A stretch of 57,474 nucleotides of DNA from Candidatus Omnitrophota bacterium (GTDB lineage: Bacteria; Omnitrophota; Gorgyraeia; JABMRJ01). The position numbers were made by a program, and so were the translations under genes. The notes beneath the pieces were generated by a model, which was given only the letters and a program-made list of their open reading frames with translations, was not told where the DNA came from and did no database searches. Of this stretch, positions 1 to 9,125 are shown in pieces (the stretch's first letter is position 1; every line of letters starts with the position of its first letter). The DNA lies in the NCBI GenBank assembly GCA_013202745.1, contig JABMRJ010000030.1:1-57474 (forward strand). Reading direction: 5' to 3'.

Positions 1-927
1 AAATCCGTATGCCAGGCCTAAAAATGATGCCAAGAATACAAAAAATAATACGCAATAAGAGGCTGCAGAAAATAGAAGACCCCTTCTTTTGCACAAAAAG
101 CCAAGTACGGGTAGTAAAAATAATGTATATATGATCAGAGACGATAAAGGAAGAACCGGCTTTATAGTGACAAATGGCAATGTGGCAAAAATTGCAAAAC
201 TCGATACCCCGGCTATCTTAATAGAAAGAGGCACTCCGTCTATTTTCAATTTATTCAAGAAACCTCTTTTTCTGTATTGACCTGACGAAAGAGATTTTTT
301 AAAGTAGTCATTTATAAGGCTTTTAAAACAGAACCTCTTTAGATGGGTGACTCTTAAAGATGGGTCAAGCCTCAGGCGGCAGCCCACATTAAAGAGCCTG
401 TGCCCCAGCTCAATATCTTCATAATAGACCATCCGTTCATCGAACCCGCCCGCCTTATTAAACACCTCTTTCTTTATAGCGCAGAATGCGGAATTCAGCA
501 GTCCTGCATCTTTTTTCGGATGTGAAAACCTGTATATCAATATCAGGTTCTGGAGCTCGCTTAAAAAATTGCTGCGTGGTGCATCATCTGAATATACCCC
601 CGAAATAGCGTCAAGGTTATATTCTGCTAGTGAAGATATGGCCTTCTCTATTGAATCACGCCTTAAAACTACGTCGGAATCTACAAAGATAAAGAGATCT
701 CCAGCTGCCACCTCTGCGCCCCTATTTCTCGCAATCGCCGGTCTCCTGCCTTGCGGGATCTTTAGAATCCTGTCTGCGTATCTTTCTGCCTTCTTGAGGG
801 TCTCGTCTGTAGAACTGCTATCTACGAGGATGATCTCCATTGCCTTCGTCTTTTGACTGACCAGACTCTTCAGACACTCTTCAATGGGACCAGCAGCATT
901 ATATGTTGGAATAATTACTGATATCAT
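1..927 (-). CDS. Glycosyltransferase family 2 (partial; C-terminus runs off the left window edge)
   Basis: Missing from the ORF track because it is open to the edge. My translation of the reverse strand from ATG at 927-925 gives MISVIIPTYNAAGPIEECLKSLVSQ..EIILVDSSSTDET..RNRGAEVAAGDLFIFVDSDVV..YYEDIELGHRL. This is a GT-A/GT2 signature with a DxD (DSD), followed by hydrophobic C-terminal segments. It stays in frame to nt 1. Its ATG directly follows the TAG stop (928-930) of the upstream gene. Confidence 0.85.
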   Translation of the reverse strand, partial: MISVIIPTYNAAGPIEECLKSLVSQKTKAMEIILVDSSSTDETLKKAERYADRILKIPQGRRPAIARNRGAEVAAGDLFIFVDSDVVLRRDSIEKAISSLAEYNLDAISGVYSDDAPRSNFLSELQNLILIYRFSHPKKDAGLLNSAFCAIKKEVFNKAGGFDERMVYYEDIELGHRLFNVGCRLRLDPSLRVTHLKRFCFKSLINDYFKKSLSSGQYRKRGFLNKLKIDGVPLSIKIAGVSSFAIFATLPFVTIKPVLPLSSLIIYTLFLLPVLGFLCKRRGLLFSAASYCVLFFVFLASFLGLAYGF

Positions 928-2109
928 CTATGTAGAAATAACCTTCTGCCAAAATTCATAGAACTCTTTTGGCGTGTCCTGAAAATTGTTTTTTATAAAA
1001 TCTTGATCACGTGTCATCTTTACATCGCCATTGATCAGCAGGTCCAGGGTCTTTCTTAGCTCTTCTTTATTTCTCCAGATAAAAAAATCGCAGCACCTGC
1101 CGCCCAGGGAGCTTTTGCCTATCTCTTCAAAAAGCTCTCGATCGTATTGGCTATATTCAACAACCGGTTTGCCCAATAAATAGGCATCGTACATCGTGTG
1201 TGAAAAGTAATTGCCAAAGACAAATCGCGCCTTTGATGCTAATACCATCGGGTGGCCATAGTCGATTACATAATTTGAATAATTGAATTCCTTCAGCACC
1301 TCTTTAATCTTATCCATATCAGTAATCGCGTGGGGCCTAAAGACCGTTTTGATCCTGCTATTGTAAGCCTTTAATATATCAAGTGAGTCTTTGAGATACT
1401 CTATTATCTCCGGGTGGTGGTAGACGCTTTTAGCACGGCCCAGTGATGTCAGTATGTATAAAAAATAATCCCCTTTATCTGCAGCATTATATCTCTTCGA
1501 AGCGTCATCGATAAAGTTCCTCCATCGAGGCATCTTGTGGATGTAACCGGTACTGATCATCTTCTCTTTTGGGGAATTTACATTCAATATCTCCTTAAAG
1601 AGCCCTGCATCTATGCTCGATAAAAAATGGTCATAATGGTCTTTGAAGATATTCCATGTATCGCTCTTTCCCTTCTTCTTGTTGGCTATGGTAAAATCTA
1701 TAAAGGAGAGCCTGGCGCCCTCCAGGGGCATCGTAACGAGATAGGTTTTTATCTCTTTTGTCTTCGACAGTTTCTTCAGAACCTTCATGGCGGTTTTATG
1801 AAACGGTAGAGTATCGGAGTTTTTAACTATTATGTTCTTGGCAAATAAAAATCGTAGAATAAATAATATCAGCTTAATCAGAGTGATAAAATGACTTCTG
1901 TTTCTTATTAAGTAGACCGATGAATCCATCGATTGGATCATCTCCCACATATTGTAATTCTTCTTTATGAGAGCATAATGGTTATCGTCAAATAAAACGA
2001 CACTGACCTTAATATCAGGATAGAGTGCCTTTATTTCCATCAGCACCGGCAGTAAACCATCTATCCCGGTGAGTTTATTCTTGCATATGGCTATCAGGTT
2101 CTTTCGCAT
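928..2109 (-). CDS. Hypothetical GT-B-like transferase (loose TagF / KpsS / sialyltransferase-like pattern)
   Basis: 393-aa ORF with no obvious TM segment. The C-terminal half shows ..IKTVFRPHAITD.. and ..YFSHTMYDAYLLGKPVVEYSQYD.., which recalls the basic-residue-His motif and C-terminal Rossmann half of CDP-/CMP-dependent GT-B transferases. This is a resemblance only. Confidence 0.4.
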   Translation of the reverse strand: MRKNLIAICKNKLTGIDGLLPVLMEIKALYPDIKVSVVLFDDNHYALIKKNYNMWEMIQSMDSSVYLIRNRSHFITLIKLILFILRFLFAKNIIVKNSDTLPFHKTAMKVLKKLSKTKEIKTYLVTMPLEGARLSFIDFTIANKKKGKSDTWNIFKDHYDHFLSSIDAGLFKEILNVNSPKEKMISTGYIHKMPRWRNFIDDASKRYNAADKGDYFLYILTSLGRAKSVYHHPEIIEYLKDSLDILKAYNSRIKTVFRPHAITDMDKIKEVLKEFNYSNYVIDYGHPMVLASKARFVFGNYFSHTMYDAYLLGKPVVEYSQYDRELFEEIGKSSLGGRCCDFFIWRNKEELRKTLDLLINGDVKMTRDQDFIKNNFQDTPKEFYEFWQKVIST

Positions 2110-2117
2110 TTTTCCCT

Positions 2118-2987
2118 TTAGAGTGCGGTCAGGATGTATTCTTTTGATGTGAGCTTATCCGCCCTATTGTCATTTACATCATATGCTTTATAACCTATGC
2201 TATGGACCAATTCAGTCAATTTATCGATTGAACTGCCCAGCGCAGATAGTCTTTTCGGATGGACGCTTAAGAATAAAACGGGTCTGTTTTTTTTAAGCAT
2301 CTTCTCTGCGCCCTTTAAAACCTCTATCTCCGCCCCCTCTACGTCTATCTTGATAACCTCGGGGATAATATTTTCATCTCTGCAAAAATCATCCAGAGAG
2401 ACCTGTTTTCTATAGACCTTATTATACATTTTGTGGTTTTTTATCACTTTAGCCGCATTCATATCATCCGGTTCATTGAGGTTTTCATAGAATGAGACAT
2501 TATCTTCAGATCTTTCGCCTATGAGAAAAGGATATATCCTTACATTATCTATGCCGTTAAAGCGCATGTGTTTCTCCAGATACTCCCTGTTGGCCTTTGA
2601 CGGTTCAAAAGCGTATATGTATCCATCGCCTGCTATCTCCCTGCTGGCTGGAAGCGAATAAAGGCCTATATGGGCGCCTATATCGAACACCCTTCTTTTG
2701 CCCCTGCACGCCTCAAGCCATTTCGAAAAACCAGGGTTGTGATTACCGGTCCCTATTCTGTCAAACCGGCTGAAGGCAAAGATATAATCCATGCGAAAAG
2801 GGCCTCTATTACCTATTTTAATATTCAAACCCTTTTTAAAGAAAGGCTTGAATAAAAATTGGTAAATCTTCTTAATCAACCGCCTCATAAACAACCTCAG
2901 CTGCCTTGGAGATACCATATCCATTCCAGTGCGTATCGTCTCTCCAGTACGTAAATTTACCCTCATCGAGCAATCTTCTCGATTCAT
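2118..2987 (-). CDS. FkbM-family SAM-dependent methyltransferase
   Basis: ..RRVFDIGAHIGLYSL.., ..AFEPSKANREYL.., ..VIKIDVEGAEIEVLKG.. match the FkbM (Methyltransf_21) pattern. Confidence 0.8.
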   Translation of the reverse strand: MNREDCSMRVNLRTGETIRTGMDMVSPRQLRLFMRRLIKKIYQFLFKPFFKKGLNIKIGNRGPFRMDYIFAFSRFDRIGTGNHNPGFSKWLEACRGKRRVFDIGAHIGLYSLPASREIAGDGYIYAFEPSKANREYLEKHMRFNGIDNVRIYPFLIGERSEDNVSFYENLNEPDDMNAAKVIKNHKMYNKVYRKQVSLDDFCRDENIIPEVIKIDVEGAEIEVLKGAEKMLKKNRPVLFLSVHPKRLSALGSSIDKLTELVHSIGYKAYDVNDNRADKLTSKEYILTAL

Positions 2988-3042
2988 CTATTAAATATGG
3001 CGGAAGAATATATGCTCTATATTCAGGATCCACCCCTTCAAT

Positions 3043-4884
3043 CTATTCATAAGCTATTTTTCCGCTCTCTATCTTATAAAGGGATGTCTCCTTATATCTA
3101 TAGACATTCCTTGCCTTGACTGAATCTATATGTTCAAAACCGATCTCTTTAAGAATACCTTCTACAGTATAATCCTGATTTGTAACTACATATACATTAT
3201 AAGATGAGTCCATACTTACCTCTTGCTTGAGGTGCCCGGCGGGTATCTTATGGATATTAAAATAGTACTCTAAGATACGGTCAACCGGAACTATAGCCAC
3301 AACTTTGTCTTCAGGCTTCAGGTGTTCTTTCAAGAATATCGCAGTCTCCTCGGCCCCCCATGATGTCCCTGACTCTGTGGACCAAAAATAAGGCAGCATT
3401 ACAAGGGCATTTAAGGTGATCAGAACCGCAAATAAAACGGCTATGATGCTTAGAGTCATATCTTTAAGTTGTTTTATATATTTACTTTTGAAGATAGCCA
3501 TTATTGGATATATCAGGCCGCAAGCCCCCATGCCCATAAAGATGGGCATAAACCATATATATGTCCTCGGATAAGGAAAGACCCTATAAACAAGAGAGAG
3601 AGGTATCAGCCAGACTGCAGCAGCCAGGATTATAGGAAGACGGTATTTAGATAATCTTCTATGGTATATTAAGCATAAGATAAAGCCTATAGCCAGCAAA
3701 GATGCAATCTTTAATGGCATGCCGCTATTCCACGACAGGAATATCTGCTTGAGATGGGATGGAATATTTGCAATATAATATTTCAGGGTGCCCTGCCTGA
3801 AGGAAGGCACCTTCTTAACGGTCACAAAGCAAGAGACGATAAAGACCGGTAGATACAATAGGATTGTGAGTATCCCCGTCTGCATTAACGAGATAAAGAA
3901 ACTTTTTATAAAATCTAAACGCGGCCCCTCCTTCTTTGTAAAGATACCTGTTATAAAAAGCCAGACCATTACCATGCCGTATGCATATAGCATCACGGGC
4001 ATTGTATAAAACCCCAAAGCAGCCGTAATAGAAAAGATAAGCCAGAGCGCTTTACCGCCCATCTGTATAAGACGATCTGCAAGGCCAAGGAGTATCAGAA
4101 CTATAAGCGTCAATAAGGTATAACCCCTGGCATTTGTAGAATAGGATGCCATGATATATGAACCTGCCAGTACACTTGAGCATAATAAGGCGGCATGCTT
4201 ATTATAGAAAGCCCTTATTACCACATATGAAGCCGGTATTATGAGGACTCCGGAGATAAAGGCCGGCAAACGTATAGCCCATAAAGCATCCCCAAAAAGA
4301 AGATATGAGATGTGGACTAAAAAAGTATGGAAGAGATGATTGTTTGTGGAAAAATAATTGGAGAGACCGAAATAGAGCGGTTTTGAGGCAAATCTTAAGA
4401 AGGTGACCGCTTCGTCATACCTCATCGGCTGATTTAGTAAATAGATTCTTATGCCGATTCCCAGCATCAAGATAATAAATAGAGAGGACGCATGTACCCT
4501 GCCTATCCCCTTAAATGCACCTTTAAGATTATTGGTAAGCTCTTTAACAACGGCAGAAAACGAACCGGCCACCTCTCTTATGTATCTTCCTATCTGTTTT
4601 CTGAATTGGAAAAAAGCTGCGCTTACGAAAAGTATGATAACCCCGGCTATGCGTGTCCTTGAAACTATCTCTTTGTATATAGCCTCTGTAAAATACTTCT
4701 CACAATGATATGGAAACATTGAATATAATTTAGCCCTTATATATTCAAATTTCATAAAAGAGCCGCAAAGCAGAGAAAAGCCGAATATAATAAGTACTAT
4801 TATAAGAATAGATGATAATATATTTGCCTTATTCTTCTGTGAGATATGCACCTTGATTTCCCTTGAATATCTTTCTGACTTCAT
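3043..4884 (-). CDS. Polytopic membrane glycosyltransferase, GT-C fold (ArnT/PMT-like)
   Basis: 613 aa with many hydrophobic helices. An acidic loop motif ..QPMRYDEAVTF.. follows the early helices, as in ArnT/PMT-type enzymes. A soluble C-terminal domain of about 100 aa follows. Confidence 0.6.
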   Translation of the reverse strand: MKSERYSREIKVHISQKNKANILSSILIIVLIIFGFSLLCGSFMKFEYIRAKLYSMFPYHCEKYFTEAIYKEIVSRTRIAGVIILFVSAAFFQFRKQIGRYIREVAGSFSAVVKELTNNLKGAFKGIGRVHASSLFIILMLGIGIRIYLLNQPMRYDEAVTFLRFASKPLYFGLSNYFSTNNHLFHTFLVHISYLLFGDALWAIRLPAFISGVLIIPASYVVIRAFYNKHAALLCSSVLAGSYIMASYSTNARGYTLLTLIVLILLGLADRLIQMGGKALWLIFSITAALGFYTMPVMLYAYGMVMVWLFITGIFTKKEGPRLDFIKSFFISLMQTGILTILLYLPVFIVSCFVTVKKVPSFRQGTLKYYIANIPSHLKQIFLSWNSGMPLKIASLLAIGFILCLIYHRRLSKYRLPIILAAAVWLIPLSLVYRVFPYPRTYIWFMPIFMGMGACGLIYPIMAIFKSKYIKQLKDMTLSIIAVLFAVLITLNALVMLPYFWSTESGTSWGAEETAIFLKEHLKPEDKVVAIVPVDRILEYYFNIHKIPAGHLKQEVSMDSSYNVYVVTNQDYTVEGILKEIGFEHIDSVKARNVYRYKETSLYKIESGKIAYE

Positions 4885-5536
4885 AAGCTATGCGCGACAG
4901 GATCTTCTGCTTGTCTGCTCTTCTAAAGCGCCTCTTGTAGAGATTTTTGTCCATCATCTCTAAATAGTCGTTGTATGTTGGTCCGTAAGGCGTAACCTTT
5001 TCCAGATCACTCTCTTTAGCCATATACTTATTGTGGCGAAGATCAAATATGTGCCAGTCCTCTCCAACCTTTACAAATGATAGAATGAGCCTCTCTGTAA
5101 TCCCTTCTATCGACAATCTAGCTTTGAAGGATTCGTATCCTGCATAACTGCAAAGGGCCGTAAAGACCTCTGCCTTCTGGTCAGGCGTACCGTATCTCCT
5201 TACGACTGTGCTCCAGATATGGTCATCTATGACATCAAAACCTGACGGCAGCTCCTTTATATTCGTTATGGTCCATGCATAGATAGCCGCTAACTTTTCT
5301 TTGCCACTCCTAGTCCCTTTTGTTATGCGCCTTGAAAGATTTCTATACTGATAATCCCTGTCGAGAAAGCTGCATGCCTTTATATAAAGGGGGATTTTCT
5401 TCTCTGTGACTAATCCGCTTACCCCCTGCCTGGTAATAACGGGTATATTGGCGATTGCAAAGACTGCGATGGCAATTGATAAAAATAGAATTATGGTCTT
5501 TTTAAATCCTGTCAATCGCATTCGAAGATATCCCAT
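4829..5536 (-). CDS. Membrane-anchored transglutaminase-like protein, catalytically degenerate paralog
   Basis: N-terminal TM anchor. It aligns by eye with the core of the 13939-15006 product, but Cys is replaced (..YGTPDQKAEVF.. versus ..SAYCDQQANTL..) and there is no His equivalent. The Asp position is kept (..WHIFDL..). Confidence 0.5.
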   Translation of the reverse strand: MGYLRMRLTGFKKTIILFLSIAIAVFAIANIPVITRQGVSGLVTEKKIPLYIKACSFLDRDYQYRNLSRRITKGTRSGKEKLAAIYAWTITNIKELPSGFDVIDDHIWSTVVRRYGTPDQKAEVFTALCSYAGYESFKARLSIEGITERLILSFVKVGEDWHIFDLRHNKYMAKESDLEKVTPYGPTYNDYLEMMDKNLYKRRFRRADKQKILSRIAYEVRKIFKGNQGAYLTEE

Positions 5537-6779
5537 CTCTTTCTCTTATATGACTCATGAGATACACAATACCAGCTGCTGCAAATATAAAGAAAAAAGG
5601 CAAGAGCGTGGCTTTATACCTGTAGGCTGTGCCAAAATTGGCTATGACCAGTGAATAGGCCGCCGTTGTAACCGCAACGAAAAAGTATATTAAGAAGAAT
5701 CTCTTCCAATTCTTTCTGTGAACAAAACTCCCTATTAAGCCAAAGAGAAAGATTGCATACCAGAGAAACATCTCCGGAATCGTCATTTTCTGAAGGAGGC
5801 CCCTGCACTCCCAAAAAAACGGCCTAAATAAGAAATTGAAGATTCCTTTTGGTAAAAATTTTATTATCTCTATCTCCGAGCTAAGGTCTATCCTGGGACC
5901 GTACAAAGCATTCCCCCCCGAGTAGCCTCTGCGCAGATCTGATATGGTTTCAACATCTTTGAAAAAGTCGATTGCCGGCCTTCTAATCTCACCTCTTTTT
6001 GTCTCATCCGATTCCATAAGGTATGTGACACCGCGTATTGTTAAATCACGTAGATATCTGGGTATGGTGGAAAAAATACCTGCATTTACATATTGGGGAA
6101 CACTGTAGAAAAGGATGATGAAGATGATGGCATAGACTATGTTCTTTTTACACGCCTTTTTTGTCATGTTAACCAGAAAGGAGAGAACGATACCATAGAT
6201 AAGAAAGATAAATATATAACCGCGCAATTCATTCAGCTCCATAAGTAACGGAATAACGAAAGCCAAAACGAGTAGATGATGGGGCCTAAACGGGGTTTGG
6301 AGCCTCGTTATAGCCCATACCGACGCTACTACAATAGCTATACAGAGGATCTCTTTATGGTTCTGGGTGGACCAGAATATTAGAGATGGGAAGAATGTAT
6401 AGAGTAAGGAAGATATCAAGGCTACCCTTTTATTAAATAGCCCTTTTGCCAAATCATATAGCATAAATACCGCCAGGGCACCTATAAAGGCATTTATAAG
6501 CGGAACTATTACCCTGTGGTAACCCATTATGGTGTATACAGCCGCCCTGAAGTAGTCATATTTTGGGAAAGTGCCTGCCATAAGATTATGGGCACTGCCG
6601 GTCTTCCAGGAATTGGCTATATCCATTGCGTTTTTGAAACCTCGTGCGTCAGGAGGTATCACCTTAAGCTGTAATTCCGGGGTCAGCCCGTAATGTATGA
6701 CAAATACAGCTACAACCCTTATAAGGAGAGCGATTAAAAATATATATAGAATAGCACTTCTTTTACCCTGCATACCCAT
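5502..6779 (-). CDS. Polytopic membrane protein, possible GT-C-like glycosyltransferase or polymerase
   Basis: 425 aa, hydrophobic helices throughout, no clear catalytic motif. It sits between two GT-C-like genes. Confidence 0.45.
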   Translation of the reverse strand: MGMQGKRSAILYIFLIALLIRVVAVFVIHYGLTPELQLKVIPPDARGFKNAMDIANSWKTGSAHNLMAGTFPKYDYFRAAVYTIMGYHRVIVPLINAFIGALAVFMLYDLAKGLFNKRVALISSLLYTFFPSLIFWSTQNHKEILCIAIVVASVWAITRLQTPFRPHHLLVLAFVIPLLMELNELRGYIFIFLIYGIVLSFLVNMTKKACKKNIVYAIIFIILFYSVPQYVNAGIFSTIPRYLRDLTIRGVTYLMESDETKRGEIRRPAIDFFKDVETISDLRRGYSGGNALYGPRIDLSSEIEIIKFLPKGIFNFLFRPFFWECRGLLQKMTIPEMFLWYAIFLFGLIGSFVHRKNWKRFFLIYFFVAVTTAAYSLVIANFGTAYRYKATLLPFFFIFAAAGIVYLMSHIRERDGISSNAIDRI

Positions 6780-6782
6780 CCC

Positions 6783-8015
6783 CTATCTTTCAAGCGTGTA
6801 TCTTCTAAACCAGCGTTTAACGATATTCTCATCAAAAAAGACGAAAAAGAAGAATAAGACAAAGTTTGTAAGCGGCAACATATAGCGGAAACCATAACTC
6901 TGCACCCTCGCCACTGCGACCAGGCTTATGATATACAGCGCAAGATATAGGTGTATCGCGGCTTCCCATATCTCCATTCGGGCCTTCTTTATAATGCGGG
7001 ATATTAGATATGCAAAATAGCCGATCCACATCAGTATCCAGTGCGGACGGAGCCTGAAATCCTCATCCAAAAGAGGCGCAAAACCGAAGCAGAATAAGAT
7101 ATTCTTGACATAATGGCCCACAAAGACCATCGGTTCCTGGCGCAGGTATTCAAGATAAGGACCGAAATTTTCATTTATCTTGTTCAATTTCGCATATACC
7201 GGAGCATCTGTATTTGAGAGATCAATGGATTTTGGTATGTGGTGGTGCTTTCTCAATAAGCCGTCCGGCTGCCCTTCTACTTTTGCAGTAGGAAGTATAT
7301 ACCATTTTCCGCATACAGAATAATTTCTCAATCCAAGAAGCGATGCTGTGGAGCCCATTATAAGCATAAAAAGGAATATATAAAGAATGCCCTTTTTGGA
7401 CTTTTTTAGATAATAACCTGCAACAGGTATAATAAGGATACCTCCATACAGAAAGAGGTTGGGCCTTGTCAGCATGGCAAGCCCTACGAGAAATGCTGAC
7501 ACAAGCTGCATCCTTAGATCATTTCTGGTAAAACCTCTTACGAAGAAAAAGAAGAATAACGCAATAATAAAAAAAAGCAGGTTTTCGCTCAATAGGCGTA
7601 TAACGTAGTATTTACACATATCTAAAACCGCAAAACCGGACATGGCAAATAGAAAAAGGATGGCCGCTATAGAGCTCATCCTATCTTTGAACGTCCAGTA
7701 TACCAACGCTATGGAAAGACCTACCATCAGGTGCTGAATCAGATATATAGGCATAAGATTTTCACCAAAGATCAAGAAACAGACGGCCACAAAATAATTG
7801 TAGAGAAACCCAGCAGGCCAGTCATAAGGGCCTTTTACAGAAGAGATCTCAAGTCCATTACGCTTGATATCCATACCGAGCCGCGCATACCTGACCCAAT
7901 CGTCATTCAATTCAGACCCAAGCATCCCTTCAAGACCGTTATTATAAGGATAGAGCCTGAAGAGTCCCAGGACCAGAAAAGCTATAATTATCATAACCGG
8001 GAATATATATTTCAC
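6783..8015 (-). CDS. Polytopic membrane protein, GT-C (ArnT-like) architecture
   Basis: 410 aa with multiple TM helices. The early extracytoplasmic loop carries acidic residues (..SELNDDWVRYARLG..). Confidence 0.5.
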   Translation of the reverse strand: MKYIFPVMIIIAFLVLGLFRLYPYNNGLEGMLGSELNDDWVRYARLGMDIKRNGLEISSVKGPYDWPAGFLYNYFVAVCFLIFGENLMPIYLIQHLMVGLSIALVYWTFKDRMSSIAAILFLFAMSGFAVLDMCKYYVIRLLSENLLFFIIALFFFFFVRGFTRNDLRMQLVSAFLVGLAMLTRPNLFLYGGILIIPVAGYYLKKSKKGILYIFLFMLIMGSTASLLGLRNYSVCGKWYILPTAKVEGQPDGLLRKHHHIPKSIDLSNTDAPVYAKLNKINENFGPYLEYLRQEPMVFVGHYVKNILFCFGFAPLLDEDFRLRPHWILMWIGYFAYLISRIIKKARMEIWEAAIHLYLALYIISLVAVARVQSYGFRYMLPLTNFVLFFFFVFFDENIVKRWFRRYTLER

Positions 8016-8021
8016 AGGATA

Positions 8022-9125
8022 TTACCTCTCCGAAATCAGTTTTATCAATTCATCCGCTAAAAATTCGCCTGTCATGGTATTGCCCTTTTGAGTCTGGTGG
8101 CACCTATCGTGAAACGCATCCTCTGGGACATCTGATCTTTCGTAATACTCCTGCACATTTATATATCCCGCACCATGTTTTTTTGCCAATTCTACCGTAA
8201 GTTTATCCAGCTTTGTCCGAAAAGTTTTGTAAAAATCCCTGAACTCTCTACTGCGCCTATCTTTTGTATCTGATACTTCTTTGAGAGGCAGCCTTACTAT
8301 AATAAGCTTTATGTCATTTTCGTCACAAAATCTTTCGGCCTCTAAAAAATTTAATTCATAATTCCTAAGCGGAAGGTCTATAAATCTTCCGGCAACACCT
8401 TGCTTGTACCATTCGTCAACACTGTCGAGCTCTACGACATCTGCCATGTTGGTATATGTCCTGTAGATAAACCTGTGAAGGAACGTATAAAATAAGGAGT
8501 ATTTCTTAAGCGTCTTATCAAGCCTGTGCAGAAATATATTCACCCTGTTTATGGTAAAGTTTGACATCTCTCCTTTTAGTATATCAGTAAACTCCTCATA
8601 CAATATTTGCGCATTCCTATAAGGCCCACTATATAATATGTCGCTTTCGTTTATGTAGTTACACCATAGTATATAGTGGATCTCTCCTTCTTTCTGGCTA
8701 AAGGAAAGGTGTTCTGCTGCATAATCGCTGCTTGCGCCTCCTGTTCCAAGATTAAGCACCCTAAACCCTGTCTTATCTGGACCATAACGCTTATTTAACG
8801 CCATTTCGAGTTCAGCAGGCCAAGAAGAAGAGACCTTGCCTTCATGATAACCGTATGTGGTAGAACCGCCAAAAGCGGCAATCCTGATTATCGCCTGCGC
8901 ACTTTCCTGTCCGCCTCTTTCTGCAGATGTACCTTTTAAAGCAGTGTCTTTCTTTACAAAGGTTATCTTCTTATTGCCAACCATGACCTTGACTGAACTG
9001 TCTAAGCCGTAGCTGAAGCTCAAGCCATCGCCGCTATATAAGAACCCTGCTGTCCTTGCCAGCATCTCCAATATAATTATAGAGATCAAAAGGGCTATCA
9101 ATGAGAGTGATATATTCTTTAGCAT
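8022..9125 (-). CDS. SGNH/GDSL-type hydrolase or O-acyl esterase/transferase, membrane anchored
   Basis: N-terminal hydrophobic anchor. ..AAFGGSTTYGY.. fits the block I Ser, ..LNLGTGGASSD.. fits block II, and ..FHDRCHQTQKGN.. fits the block V DxxH. Confidence 0.6.
   Translation of the reverse strand: MLKNISLSLIALLISIIILEMLARTAGFLYSGDGLSFSYGLDSSVKVMVGNKKITFVKKDTALKGTSAERGGQESAQAIIRIAAFGGSTTYGYHEGKVSSSWPAELEMALNKRYGPDKTGFRVLNLGTGGASSDYAAEHLSFSQKEGEIHYILWCNYINESDILYSGPYRNAQILYEEFTDILKGEMSNFTINRVNIFLHRLDKTLKKYSLFYTFLHRFIYRTYTNMADVVELDSVDEWYKQGVAGRFIDLPLRNYELNFLEAERFCDENDIKLIIVRLPLKEVSDTKDRRSREFRDFYKTFRTKLDKLTVELAKKHGAGYINVQEYYERSDVPEDAFHDRCHQTQKGNTMTGEFLADELIKLISER

Noticed and set aside
89-856. 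Plus-strand ORFs 89-280 and 569-856 in a region where the ORF track shows no minus-strand gene.
   Set aside because: Manual translation of the minus strand from ATG 927-925 gives a clear GT2 glycosyltransferase that is open to nt 1. The track omits it because it has no stop inside the window. The plus-strand ORFs are its antisense shadows.
5614-5814. Small same-strand nested ORFs (5614-5814, 6832-7029, 10990-11205, 25785-26006, 31646-31903, 48954-49139).
   Set aside because: Each lies inside a longer minus-strand gene in a different frame, with no independent ribosome-binding context or motif. They are most simply explained as chance ORFs.
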